Shown here: one piece after another, positions 9,424 through 19,179 of the stretch
How the letters are laid out: every line of letters starts with the position of its first letter
Position numbering within the stretch: position 1 is the first letter of the stretch
Source: Spirosoma fluviale
GTDB taxonomy: Bacteria; Bacteroidota; Bacteroidia; Cytophagales; Cyclobacteriaceae
Assembly (NCBI GenBank): GCA_945872775.1
Contig: CAMCBC010000001.1
Span: 1 to 50,816 of the forward strand
Length of the DNA stretch: 50,816 nucleotides
Reading direction: 5' to 3'
Made by a program: the position numbers and the translations under genes
Notes under the pieces: model-generated
Told to the model about the DNA's origin: nothing
The model's database searches: none
The model's input: the letters and a program-made list of their open reading frames with translations, nothing else

Positions 9424-10650
9424 GTGAACACAAGTTCTTTCATTGCAGGCAGGTATTTCCGGAGCAAGAAGAAGCAAAACTTCATCACCATTCTATCCTT
9501 GATCTCGATGGTAGGCGTAGCCATCAGTACCATGGCCTTGGTGGCGGTGATGTCCGTGTTCAATGGGTTAGAAGACCTTATTCGAGGCCTTTTCTCAAGT
9601 TTTGATTCCGAGCTTCAAGTGACGCCAGTTGTTGGAAAGAGTTTTGTGGCAACTGAGGATTGGTTAAATGCTCTCCGAAAAGTGGAGGGTGTGGAAGTCA
9701 TTACCGAAGTGATTGAAGACAATGCCCTCCTAGAATACCGAGGCAACCAACACATCGCCCGAGTCAAGGGAGTTTCCGACAATTACTTTGACCACGAGCG
9801 CTTCTCAAAGGGATATTTTTGGGGAGATACCACCTTGGGAACAGCCGAGCGACCGGGAGCTATCCTTGGTCGAGGGGTAGCTTTTGCACTTTCTGTGAAC
9901 TTGGACGATATCAATTCCGTCCTCCAAATCTATTACCCCAAGGCACCCAAATCTGCTGCCTCCCTAGACCCAAATCAACTCTATGCTGCAGGACAGGTAG
10001 AGCCACGAGGATTTTTCAGTATAGAGCAGGGTGTGGACAACGAATACATCCTTGTTCCGCTTGATTTTTTTAAGGACTTGCTGAACTACGGCCAAAAGCG
10101 TACTGCCTTAGAACTTAAGGTTGCTTCGGGGCATTCCATTTCAACAGTTCAGCAAGCCGTACAAGCGCATTTGGGAGCTGATTTTGCTGTAAAAAATGCC
10201 GATGAACAACATGCAACGCTGATTCGTACCGTGAAGCTAGAGAAGCTAGTTGTGTTTTTGACGCTCACCTTCATTCTGGCTCTGGCCTCATTCAATATTT
10301 TCTTTTCCCTAAGTATGCTGGCCATTGAAAAGAAAAAGGACCTCGCAGTTTTGAAATCCATGGGGGCAAAAAACTCCTTGATCCGTGGGATCTTCCTGAA
10401 GCAGGGGGCTTTGATTGCCTTCTCTGGTGCTATTTTGGGTTTGATTTTGGGCCTGCTTCTGGTAGGGGCTCAAGAAAAATTCGGGTTGATCTCCTTGGGC
10501 ATTGCCTCTGGCGTAGTGGACGCCTATCCCGTTCGAATTCATTGGCCTGACTTGGGTTGGATTAGTTTGGCAGTGGTGACCATTACCCTTCTGGCATCCT
10601 GGCGGCCAGCATGGATTGCAGCCCAGGTAAATCCCATTGACGAGCTTTAA
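9424..10650 (+). CDS. LolC/E-like (FtsX-family) ABC transporter permease
   Basis: IAGRYFRSKK, VMSVFNG, EKKKDLAVLKSMGA and AYPV motifs. MacB/FtsX topology. Confidence 0.9.
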   Translation: MNTSSFIAGRYFRSKKKQNFITILSLISMVGVAISTMALVAVMSVFNGLEDLIRGLFSSFDSELQVTPVVGKSFVATEDWLNALRKVEGVEVITEVIEDNALLEYRGNQHIARVKGVSDNYFDHERFSKGYFWGDTTLGTAERPGAILGRGVAFALSVNLDDINSVLQIYYPKAPKSAASLDPNQLYAAGQVEPRGFFSIEQGVDNEYILVPLDFFKDLLNYGQKRTALELKVASGHSISTVQQAVQAHLGADFAVKNADEQHATLIRTVKLEKLVVFLTLTFILALASFNIFFSLSMLAIEKKKDLAVLKSMGAKNSLIRGIFLKQGALIAFSGAILGLILGLLLVGAQEKFGLISLGIASGVVDAYPVRIHWPDLGWISLAVVTITLLASWRPAWIAAQVNPIDEL

Positions 10651-10717
10651 TCCTTCGATTGGTTCTTTTTCAGCTACTGCACTCCTTCTTTTTTCTTTTT
10701 TGTAGTAATATGGCGGT

Positions 10718-11836
10718 ATGAATGAATCTAGTTTCGATGTCGTTGTCGTAGGCTTGGGTGCAGTAGGGAGTGCCACCTTGTATCAGCTAAGCAAGCGAGG
10801 AATAAATTCCTTGGGAATAGATCAGTTTGAACCGCCACATACGCTGGGCTCGAGCCATGGAGAAACGCGCATTACCCGTCTGGCAGTGGGAGAAGGAGAA
10901 GAATATGTTGCCTTAGCCAAGCGCTCGCATGAGATTTGGGCCGAATTGGAAGAAGTTTCAGGAAAGAAGATTCGAACCAAAACGGGGGGAATTCTTTTAG
11001 ATTCAGGCTTGGATCCTTGGTCCAAGCATGGTGTGGAGGGTTTTTGGGAGCGTACCCTTCGCTATGCCCAAAATCAGAAGATTTCGCATCGCGTTATCGA
11101 TCATCAAGAGTTTAAAGAAAGCTATCCACCCTTTCTGCTACCTCCCTCAGGGAAGATTTATTGGGAAGAAGAGGCAGGCTACCTCTTCCCCGAAGTAGCG
11201 ATACAGACCCAGCTGGACCTTGCCCAGAAACAAGGAGCTACTGTGTGGACCTCATCCAAAGTAACGTCTATTCAAGCTCAGGGGGAGCATTTTCAAATTC
11301 AAGTGGAGGGGAAAGAAATTCTAGCCAAACAGGTAGTGCTCTGTGCGGGGGGATGGGTGAAGGATTTTTTACCGCTGCCCACTCAAAAGAAATTGAAGAT
11401 TTGCCGCCAAGTCTTGTACTGGATAGCGGTAGAGGAGGGATACTTCGATTGGGAACAGTACCCGATTTGGATGTGGGGCTATGGTGCTGCGCCAGAAGAT
11501 TTTATTTATGGGTTTCCTTCGTTGGATGGGAAGTGCATCAAAATGGCCTCTGAATCCTTTGTTGAAGTGGCGCATCCGGATCAGTTGAACCGGGAAGTAT
11601 CGGCGGAGGAACAGGAAATTTTTTGGAATACCAAGGTGGAAGGGAAATTGATTGGATTGAAAAAACAGTTCCTCAAGGCTTCGGTCTGTTTTTATACGGT
11701 CACTGAAGATTCTCAATTTCTCATTGAAGCCATGGCTGGAAATCAGAATTTTCTCTGGGTGTCTGCCTGTTCGGGTCACGGATTCAAGCATTCCGCAGCT
11801 TTGGGGGAGGACTTGGTCAAAAGGCTAGGGCATTGA
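10718..11836 (+). CDS. solA: N-methyl-L-tryptophan oxidase / monomeric sarcosine oxidase family flavoprotein
   Basis: GLGAVG FAD-binding motif, GSSHGETRITR, covalent-FAD Cys in VCFYT, and CSGHGFKH. Confidence 0.85.
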   Translation: MNESSFDVVVVGLGAVGSATLYQLSKRGINSLGIDQFEPPHTLGSSHGETRITRLAVGEGEEYVALAKRSHEIWAELEEVSGKKIRTKTGGILLDSGLDPWSKHGVEGFWERTLRYAQNQKISHRVIDHQEFKESYPPFLLPPSGKIYWEEEAGYLFPEVAIQTQLDLAQKQGATVWTSSKVTSIQAQGEHFQIQVEGKEILAKQVVLCAGGWVKDFLPLPTQKKLKICRQVLYWIAVEEGYFDWEQYPIWMWGYGAAPEDFIYGFPSLDGKCIKMASESFVEVAHPDQLNREVSAEEQEIFWNTKVEGKLIGLKKQFLKASVCFYTVTEDSQFLIEAMAGNQNFLWVSACSGHGFKHSAALGEDLVKRLGH

Positions 11837-11922
11837 GAAAAGGAAGGGGATTCCTTTTCATTTTTGTAGTCAAATCCGCCTTGAAACCTGTATTTTTGTG
11901 ACCTGAATAGCTACCTATACCT

Positions 11923-13710
11923 ATGGCAAAGCAACGAGGGACTGCACTAGAACCCGAAGAAAAAAGGAGGATCAACAAGCAGAGCTTAAGCAAGTTGAAC
12001 CAGATTTTTCAATTTCTGATTCCCTACAAAGGGGCGTTTTTTGCAGGGCTAGTTTTTCTATTGTTTTCCTCGCTCACCTTGTTGAGTTTTCCGTATGTAG
12101 CTGGAAAATTGATTGATACTGCCCAGGGATCCGTTTGGATTTTTTCAGATATCAACCACATTGCCTTGCTACTGCTAGGCATCTTGGCGATACAAAGTGT
12201 TTTCTCCTTTTTTCGAGTTTGGCTATTTGCCGTGGTTTCCGAAAAAGCCATGCGTGACATTCGTCTTGCGGTCTATGGCCGGCTAGTGCGCCTTCCAGTT
12301 CCGTTTTTTGATAAGCGCCGAACGGGTGAACTTATCAGCCGCATCACTTCAGATGTTGGCTTACTTCAAGATACCTTCTCAACGACCCTTGCAGAACTTT
12401 TTCGCCAGGTAGTGACTTTAGTGGCGGGCGTTGCCTTTCTCTTGTTCAACACCCCGAAGTTGACTGTTTTCATGTTGGCTACCTTCCCCCTGCTTGTACT
12501 CATTGCCTTGGTTTTTGGGAAGTTTATCCGAAGGCTGTCCAAGAAAACTCAGGACGAGCTCGCCGCGGCTAATGTCATTGTAGAGGAGACGTTACAGTCC
12601 ATCAGTACGGTCAAATCTTTTGTAGGGGAAGCCTACGAGGTAAATCGCTACGGCAAGGGCTTGGAAAAAGTAGTTCGTGTAGCACTAGCGGCAGCAAAAT
12701 ACCGAGGGGCATTTATTTCCTTTATCATTTTTGCCCTTTTTGGCGGAATCGTAGGCGTGATGTGGTATGGTGCTAGTCTGGTTGCTTCCGGGGAGATGAG
12801 CGTTGGGGAACTGGTTTCCTTTGTGCTCTACACCACCTTTATCGGGGGCTCCATTGCGGGATTGGGCGATATTTACAGCCAACTGCAGAAGGCGATTGGA
12901 AGTTCCGAGCGTGTAGTAGAGCTATTGGCCGAGGAGGAAGAGGCAGGGACTGGAGCGCAGATGGCTGCGATTAAAGGCGCCATCGAATTTGATGGAGTAG
13001 GCTTTCATTACCCTACCCGTACCGAGGTGGAGGTATTGAAGGGAGTCACATTTAAGATTCAATCTGGCGAGAAAGTTGCTTTGGTAGGGCCTTCTGGCGC
13101 TGGAAAATCGACCATTATTCATCTATTGCTTCGTTTTTACGAAGTCGCCACTGGCCAAATTCGTATTGATGGGGAGCCAATCACCCATTGGAACTTGGCT
13201 TCTTTGCGAAATAAAATAGGAATTGTTCCCCAAGAAGTGCTGTTGTTTGGGGGGAGTATTCGAGAGAATATTGGCTATGCCAAGCCTACCGCTACTGAAG
13301 AGGAGATCATCCTTGCTGCGAAAAAAGCAAACGCTTGGCAGTTTATCTCCCAGTTTCCAGAGGGCTTGGATACCTTGGTGGGAGAGCGTGGAATCAAACT
13401 TTCCGGTGGGCAGCGTCAGCGGGTGGCCATAGCAAGGGCAATCTTGAAAGATCCTGCGATTTTGATTTTGGATGAGGCGACCTCCTCCTTGGATGCAGAA
13501 TCAGAGGCTTTGGTGCAGGAGGCCCTCAATGAATTGATGAAGGGAAGAACCACACTTATCATTGCACATCGACTGGCAACTATCAGAAAGGTGGATCGAA
13601 TCTATGTGTTGACGGAAGGAAAAATTGTGGAGCAGGGTAGCCATCAGGAGCTGGTGCAGGACGCTTCCGGCATTTATGCGAATCTTGTTCGCTTGCAGTT
13701 TGCGGATTAA
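11923..13710 (+). CDS. ABC exporter, fused permease/ATP-binding (MsbA/MDR-like)
   Basis: Six-TM domain, Walker A GPSGAGKS, signature LSGGQRQR and Walker B ILILDEAT. Confidence 0.95.
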   Translation: MAKQRGTALEPEEKRRINKQSLSKLNQIFQFLIPYKGAFFAGLVFLLFSSLTLLSFPYVAGKLIDTAQGSVWIFSDINHIALLLLGILAIQSVFSFFRVWLFAVVSEKAMRDIRLAVYGRLVRLPVPFFDKRRTGELISRITSDVGLLQDTFSTTLAELFRQVVTLVAGVAFLLFNTPKLTVFMLATFPLLVLIALVFGKFIRRLSKKTQDELAAANVIVEETLQSISTVKSFVGEAYEVNRYGKGLEKVVRVALAAAKYRGAFISFIIFALFGGIVGVMWYGASLVASGEMSVGELVSFVLYTTFIGGSIAGLGDIYSQLQKAIGSSERVVELLAEEEEAGTGAQMAAIKGAIEFDGVGFHYPTRTEVEVLKGVTFKIQSGEKVALVGPSGAGKSTIIHLLLRFYEVATGQIRIDGEPITHWNLASLRNKIGIVPQEVLLFGGSIRENIGYAKPTATEEEIILAAKKANAWQFISQFPEGLDTLVGERGIKLSGGQRQRVAIARAILKDPAILILDEATSSLDAESEALVQEALNELMKGRTTLIIAHRLATIRKVDRIYVLTEGKIVEQGSHQELVQDASGIYANLVRLQFAD

Positions 13711-14378
13711 ACCAAGTTATGTGCCGTGATGGATTTGGTAAGTCCAAGGACTTTTTCCTTCAGGAGGGACGCCCCTGGAAATAGGGCTTTCATTTCTTGA
13801 GCATTGAGAAGCCGAATTTCTGCGATGTATTGACTTGCTTCTGCCGAGCTCCATTTTTTCAATCGGCTGAACTTCGTTTTGGTCAGGATAAAATACAGGA
13901 AAGCCTTGGGGTAATACTGCGCAAAAGGCAAGGCATAATGTGCTTCTATTGGGAAATAGCTATTGGGGGTTTGAATGAAATAACTTTTCCCCACGCGGCG
14001 AATCTCTGATGCCATCTTTTGTTGCTGCTCGAGCGTGTACAAGTGCTCAATGACCGAGTTAGAAAAAACCAAATCAAAGCTACCTTTTTCAAATTCGCGC
14101 ATATCCGTGGCATCACCTTGAACAGCTTGAAGGGCAGGATGATTCGTATCTTCAAGGTGAAGGTTGAGTAATGTAATCCGAAGGCCCGGGTGAGAAAGTA
14201 AGGAGCTGTGTTGCCAAAAATAAGCCGTACCTCCCACATCCAAAATTTCAATTTTTTCAACATCCGAAAAATAGGAGAAAAATAATTTTTCGAATTCCTG
14301 AAGCCTTTTTACTCGAAATTTGTAACCTAAAGAGTTGGGATTATCTGAGGAAGCCAAAAAATTAAACAGGGAAGACAT
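13707..14378 (-). CDS. Class I SAM-dependent methyltransferase
   Basis: ILDVGG, FDLVFSNSVIEH and QTPNSYFPIEAH motifs, a type often found in polysaccharide loci. Confidence 0.85.
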   Translation of the reverse strand: MSSLFNFLASSDNPNSLGYKFRVKRLQEFEKLFFSYFSDVEKIEILDVGGTAYFWQHSSLLSHPGLRITLLNLHLEDTNHPALQAVQGDATDMREFEKGSFDLVFSNSVIEHLYTLEQQQKMASEIRRVGKSYFIQTPNSYFPIEAHYALPFAQYYPKAFLYFILTKTKFSRLKKWSSAEASQYIAEIRLLNAQEMKALFPGASLLKEKVLGLTKSITAHNLV

Positions 14379-14413
14379 GTACTTTTTGTTCCTTGGAAGG
14401 TTAGAAATTTATT

Positions 14414-14421
14414 CAAAAGTA
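14414..14421 (-). promoter_or_regulatory. -7 element for the methyltransferase gene
   Basis: The reverse complement reads TACTTTTG. Confidence 0.5.
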
Positions 14422-14525
14422 ATAAGCCTTGAGAATTTCTTTCTTAATTTTACAAAGTTTCCTTCCTGAACTCCAATTTTTGTCAACTTTCAAGACAAAA
14501 GCTGGCCGTTTTAGTTTATATTTTT

Positions 14526-15896
14526 ATGAAGAGAAGATTTGATACGTATTTTCCCTGGCTGTTTACGGTCAGTGATTTTTTTGCATCCCTACTCTCATTG
14601 GCTGTAGCTAATTTTTTTTTACAGCGTTTTCATGTCTTGGGGGAAACTGAATTTTCAGCATACCTGCCCTTATCCCTTCTTTGGATTTTGATTTCCATAC
14701 TTCGGAAGGATTACAAGATTGGGCGGACTGATGAGTATGATGCTACCTTAAGTAAGTTCTCAATTACGCTTCTGTGGTTTTTAGGTGCTACAGCAATCCT
14801 TTGGACGCCACTTCAGGTGGGAAATTACCGTTGGATTCAAATTGGCGCCTTAGGAGCTACCCTTGGCCTTCTGATGGGTTTTTTCAGAGTTGGCGTACAG
14901 TTGATTCTTAAAAAATACCGGGCATTGGGAAAAAATTTCCAAAATGCAATCATTGTAGGCAAGGGTACAACGAGTCCTAAACTGGTGGATGTTCTTCGGA
15001 TTCGTAAGGACTTTGGGATCAATTTTTTAGGGTACTTTGACGATCAATCCGATTGCGATCAAACCCGAGGTGGCATTGGAGATCTATTTGAGATTGCTCC
15101 AAAGATGAACCTTGATTTGATTTATATCCATGAGAAATTGGATGCTAGCCTTGTAAAGCGCGTGATTGACTTCGCAGAAGAGCATTACATCAAGGTCAAG
15201 ATGATTCCTGGAAAAAGCCTTCAACTTGAAAAAAGTTTATCCTTCTCTCGCTATGGAGATTTCTTTGTCATCAATGTCAACGAAACCCCCTTGGATCATC
15301 CTTTGAATAGTTTTGCAAAGCGGGTTTTCGACCTTGCATTTGCCAGTTTTGTGACGGTATTTATCCTCTCTTGGCTTATCCCTTTGGTTGGCTTATTGAT
15401 CAAGTTGGAATCCAGAGGACCAATATTTTTTATCCAAGAACGAAACGGACTCAACAACAAGGTGTTTAGTTGCTTGAAGTTTCGGTCGATGACACCAAAC
15501 GATTATGCTGACTCACATCAGGCAATAAAGGATGATCCACGCGTTACACCAATTGGTGCCTTTCTTCGAAAGACTTCCTTGGACGAGATGCCGCAGTTTT
15601 TGAATGTACTGATGGGAAGTATGTCGATTGTAGGCCCTAGACCGCATACTTTACCGATGAACGACACGTTTAGAACCCAAATAGAACGCTACAATTCCAG
15701 GCACAAAATTAAACCAGGTATTACGGGCTTAGCACAGGTAAAGGGTTACCGTGGAGAAATCGAGAACTCCTTCCAAATTAGATCTAGAGTGCGGTTGGAT
15801 TATTTCTACATCAACAATTGGTCTTTTCTTCTAGACATGGAGATCATGGTCAAAACAGTTTACGAGTTGCTTTTCAATCGTGAAAATGCCTATTGA
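14526..15896 (+). CDS. wcaJ: Undecaprenyl-phosphate glucose phosphotransferase (WcaJ-like initiating glycosyl-1-phosphate transferase)
   Basis: Four N-terminal TMs, a CoA-binding-like domain, and Bac_transf motifs [30 protein letters not shown] and [10 protein letters not shown]. Confidence 0.9.
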   Translation: MKRRFDTYFPWLFTVSDFFASLLSLAVANFFLQRFHVLGETEFSAYLPLSLLWILISILRKDYKIGRTDEYDATLSKFSITLLWFLGATAILWTPLQVGNYRWIQIGALGATLGLLMGFFRVGVQLILKKYRALGKNFQNAIIVGKGTTSPKLVDVLRIRKDFGINFLGYFDDQSDCDQTRGGIGDLFEIAPKMNLDLIYIHEKLDASLVKRVIDFAEEHYIKVKMIPGKSLQLEKSLSFSRYGDFFVINVNETPLDHPLNSFAKRVFDLAFASFVTVFILSWLIPLVGLLIKLESRGPIFFIQERNGLNNKVFSCLKFRSMTPNDYADSHQAIKDDPRVTPIGAFLRKTSLDEMPQFLNVLMGSMSIVGPRPHTLPMNDTFRTQIERYNSRHKIKPGITGLAQVKGYRGEIENSFQIRSRVRLDYFYINNWSFLLDMEIMVKTVYELLFNRENAY

Positions 15897-16833
15897 TTTG
15901 GCGTACACTTGCCGCTATTGTCATTCAACTCAGGGAACAAATTTTTTAGCTACAGAGCGCATGCTCGGAATGGGAGGAGAGTTTACCTATACTTCTTGCA
16001 CTTCTTGTGGTTCAATCCAACTTTCGTCTATCCCCGAAGATTTGGGGCCTTACTATCCTAGCGAGTATTATTCCTTCAGCTCCCTTCAATCCTCAGGCTT
16101 TTTTCGAAACCTGCTCAAAAAGATTCGGATTCAAGCCTATTTCGCGACTGGATTGAATTTTTTTTTACCACCCTTTGGGGGACAATGGCTCAAAAAACTC
16201 AGTCCTCGGGTTACCGACCGCATTGCAGATGTAGGCTGCGGCAATGGGCAGCTTTTGTATGAACTGCATGTTTCTGGATTTGAGGATCTGCATGGGTTTG
16301 ATCCTTTTTTGGAGAAGGGCAGCCAGCTAGCCAGGGGTCTAACGCTCTGGAATAAAGAATTTGGCCAAACCGACCTTTGCTTTGATGTCGTCATGTTGCA
16401 TCATTCGTTTGAACACCTGGCAGATCCTGAACAGGTATTGAAAGTCTGTTTTGATCGATTGAATCCTGGCGGTACGCTCTTGGTGCGCTGTCCCGTGGCG
16501 GATGCAGCGGTTTGGAAAGAAAAGCAATCGCTATGGGTTCAGCTGGATGCTCCTAGACACCTGACGATACCTAGTACCGGAGGCTTCGTTGCTGCGGCCC
16601 AACGTGTGGGCTTTGAGGTTCAGGAAGTTGTATTTGACTCTACGGCCTTCCAATTTTGGGGTACAGCGCTCTATGAGCAGGGAGAGAAGCTGGACAGCGG
16701 AAAAGTTAACGCCTTGTTTTCTGAAAAGCAGCTGGAAGAATGGGAGCAAAAAGCCATTCAATACAATCAGGAAGGTGTTGGAGACCAGGCTTGTTTCTTT
16801 TGTATCAAGCCCGGAAAAAAAGTTGAGGCATGA
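15886..16833 (+). CDS. Class I SAM-dependent methyltransferase with N-terminal CxxC...CxxC zinc ribbon
   Basis: CRYC/CTSC, DVGCGNG, HHSFEH and LDAPRH motifs. Overlaps the wcaJ stop codon. Confidence 0.85.
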   Translation: MPIDLAYTCRYCHSTQGTNFLATERMLGMGGEFTYTSCTSCGSIQLSSIPEDLGPYYPSEYYSFSSLQSSGFFRNLLKKIRIQAYFATGLNFFLPPFGGQWLKKLSPRVTDRIADVGCGNGQLLYELHVSGFEDLHGFDPFLEKGSQLARGLTLWNKEFGQTDLCFDVVMLHHSFEHLADPEQVLKVCFDRLNPGGTLLVRCPVADAAVWKEKQSLWVQLDAPRHLTIPSTGGFVAAAQRVGFEVQEVVFDSTAFQFWGTALYEQGEKLDSGKVNALFSEKQLEEWEQKAIQYNQEGVGDQACFFCIKPGKKVEA

Positions 16834-17420
16834 AAGGAATGGGCAAGTACTTCATCGGCCTCCTTCCTCCGCCAGCACTAGAGACCAGCCTTCACCAGGT
16901 TAAAGTAGATTTAAAAGCACATTTTCAAGTCAAATACGCACTCCAATCCCCTGCTCATCTTACCTTGAAGATGCCTTTTCGGTATAAGGAGGCAAAAGAA
17001 CAGGAGCTAGTTATTCGTTTCACCAGTTTGCTGGAGGATCAGCCATCATTCACCCTCCAGCTCAAGGGCATAGGACAGTTCGGAAGGAGAAACATCCACC
17101 ATCAGCTTGCACCTTCCAGCCCCCTGCTCGAACTCCAAACCAAATTGCGAGGGTTTTGTAAACGATACTTGCATCTGGTAGAGGAGCTCAGTGACCGCAA
17201 TTATCAACCGCATATGACGCTAGCTTACAAAGACTTGAAGCAGAGCCATTTTGAAGAGGTGCTGGCCTTTGTAAAAAAAAATGCGGTACAGGCTGATTTT
17301 TTGGTGGACAGGGCCTATTTACTAAAAAATGTGGAGGGCCGATGGAAGGTTGTCGCTCCGCTTATTTTTGGCAATAGGGCAGAAATTCCACAACCTACTT
17401 CGAAAAGTGAAATTTTGTAG
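16830..17420 (+). CDS. 2H phosphoesterase (2'-5' RNA ligase family)
   Basis: Two HxT motifs: PAHLTL and PHMTL. Confidence 0.88.
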   Translation: MKGMGKYFIGLLPPPALETSLHQVKVDLKAHFQVKYALQSPAHLTLKMPFRYKEAKEQELVIRFTSLLEDQPSFTLQLKGIGQFGRRNIHHQLAPSSPLLELQTKLRGFCKRYLHLVEELSDRNYQPHMTLAYKDLKQSHFEEVLAFVKKNAVQADFLVDRAYLLKNVEGRWKVVAPLIFGNRAEIPQPTSKSEIL

Positions 17421-17487
17421 TAGCTAAACTTTCAGATTATAAACAATTTACCCTGAATTGAGGATTTAACTACACCACGATACACCC

Positions 17488-18960
17488 ATGAAAAAAGCGC
17501 TAGTAGTTGGTTCGGGCATTGCCGGCATAGCATCCTCCATAAGATTGGCGGTGAAAGGGTATGATGTAGAGGTATTTGAAGCCAATGCCTATCCCGGAGG
17601 CAAGCTTTCTGCCATTGAGGGTAACGGCTATCGTTTTGATGCGGGCCCCTCTTTATTTACGTTGCCAGAGCAAGTGGAAGAATTGTTTGTTCTCGCAGGA
17701 AGGAACCCGATCGATCACTTTGAATACGAGCGCCTGGAGGTAGTGTGTCATTATTTTTGGGAAGATGGCAAGAAAGTAAAAGCCTGGGCCGATCCCGATC
17801 GCTTTGCGACTGAAGTAGCGGCGGAGCTTGGGGTTTCTGAACAAGGAATCAAGGAGGTATTGAAGCGTTCTTCATTTATATACGACCATCTCTCCCCCCT
17901 ATTTATGCACCGCTCCTTGCACAAGTTGAGCACTTGGATAGGACCACAGGCAATTAAAGCCTACATGAATTTGGGAAAGCTCGGGCTTTTTTCGACCATG
18001 AATGCATTCAATAAGCGGATTTTGAAGGACCCCAAGCTGGTGCAGCTCTTCAACAGATATGCCACCTACAACGGTTCCGACCCCTACCAGACTCCGGCAA
18101 CTTTGACCATTATTCCTCACCTCGAGTTTAATCTGGGAGCCTATTTTCCGAAGCAGGGCATGCATGACATCAGCATGAGCTTGTACAAGCTGGCCTTGTC
18201 CTTGGGTGTTCGGTATCATTTCAATGCGCCTGTAGAAGAAATTCTTGTCGAAAATCAACGGGCCTGCGGACTTCGAGTTCAGGGTAAAGAAGTTAACGGA
18301 GATCTTGTGGTCAACAACATGGATATGGTCAACGCCTACAAGACCATTCTCAAAAAGCAGGAACAACCTAAAAAACTATTGGAGCAGCCCAAGTCAAGTT
18401 CAGCGCTGATCTTCTATTGGGGAATAAGGCAGGTATTTGAGGAAGTGGGCATGCACAATATCTTTTTCTCGGAGGATTACGAGCAGGAGTTTGAACACCT
18501 ATTTAAAAAGGGGACCATTTATGAGGATCCGACGGTGTACATCAACTGCACTTCAGTATGCAAGCCAGATGATGCACCGACTGGCGCCATGAATTGGTTT
18601 ACGATGATCAATGTGCCCAACAACCAAGGCCAAGATTGGGATCAGCTGATTGCCAAGGCGAGAAAAGAAATCCTTGCAAAGCTGAGCCGTCTCTTGCATG
18701 CAGATATTGAACCATTGATCGACTTCGAGGAGATTTTAGACCCTAGAACCATTGAATCCAAAACTTCCTCTGCGCAGGGAGCCTTGTACGGTAACAGTTC
18801 CAATACCAGATTTGCAGCATTTTTGCGACATCCCAACTTTTCTAGTCAACTGGAGAACTTATACTTCTGTGGAGGATCCGTGCATCCGGGGGGAGGGATT
18901 CCTTTGGCATTGCTCTCTGCAAAAATTATGTCCGAGGACATACCCGAACTAAAAAACTAA
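17488..18960 (+). CDS. crtD: 1-hydroxycarotenoid 3,4-desaturase (CrtI/CrtD family)
   Basis: GSGIAG, RFDAGPS, RYATYNGS, GALYG and GGSVHPGGGIP motifs. Resembles Bacteroidota CrtD more than CrtI. Confidence 0.8.
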   Translation: MKKALVVGSGIAGIASSIRLAVKGYDVEVFEANAYPGGKLSAIEGNGYRFDAGPSLFTLPEQVEELFVLAGRNPIDHFEYERLEVVCHYFWEDGKKVKAWADPDRFATEVAAELGVSEQGIKEVLKRSSFIYDHLSPLFMHRSLHKLSTWIGPQAIKAYMNLGKLGLFSTMNAFNKRILKDPKLVQLFNRYATYNGSDPYQTPATLTIIPHLEFNLGAYFPKQGMHDISMSLYKLALSLGVRYHFNAPVEEILVENQRACGLRVQGKEVNGDLVVNNMDMVNAYKTILKKQEQPKKLLEQPKSSSALIFYWGIRQVFEEVGMHNIFFSEDYEQEFEHLFKKGTIYEDPTVYINCTSVCKPDDAPTGAMNWFTMINVPNNQGQDWDQLIAKARKEILAKLSRLLHADIEPLIDFEEILDPRTIESKTSSAQGALYGNSSNTRFAAFLRHPNFSSQLENLYFCGGSVHPGGGIPLALLSAKIMSEDIPELKN

Positions 18961-18976
18961 CCCTGGATCAAAAAAA

Positions 18977-19127
18977 TATGATTATCCGCATTTATGCCAG
19001 TGGATTAAGAGGGATTTTTAACACTGCGGATAATCGTTCACAGACGACAGACCACAGACGACAGCCCACTTAATTGATTTTCAAACCTTAATTTCTTTGG
19101 TTATTGGTGAAAAATCGGATAATCATA
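18977..19127. repeat. Intergenic element with inverted repeats and an internal heptamer tandem repeat
   Basis: TATGATTATCCG (18977-88) pairs with CGGATAATCATA (19116-27). GATTATCCGCA (18980-90) pairs with TGCGGATAATC (19025-35). Four (C/G)ACAGAC-like units at 19039-19066. Confidence 0.6.
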
Positions 19128-19161
19128 AAAAAAGCGGCACATCAAAAGAGGCCGCTTTTTT
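19128..19161. terminator. Bidirectional intrinsic terminator between crtD and ndk
   Basis: AAAAAAGCGGC...GCCGCTTTTTT. Confidence 0.8.
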
Positions 19162-19179
19162 AAGTTTGGGGAGGGAGTC

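Noticed and set aside
17425-17446. TAAAC(T/A) repeats upstream of crtD as a CarH/LitR light-regulator site
   Set aside because: The spacing is 15 bp rather than an 11-bp period, and the repeats are too short to distinguish from AT-rich background.
19039-19069. Possible CRISPR array
   Set aside because: The units are 7 bp with no spacers, and there are no cas genes in the window.
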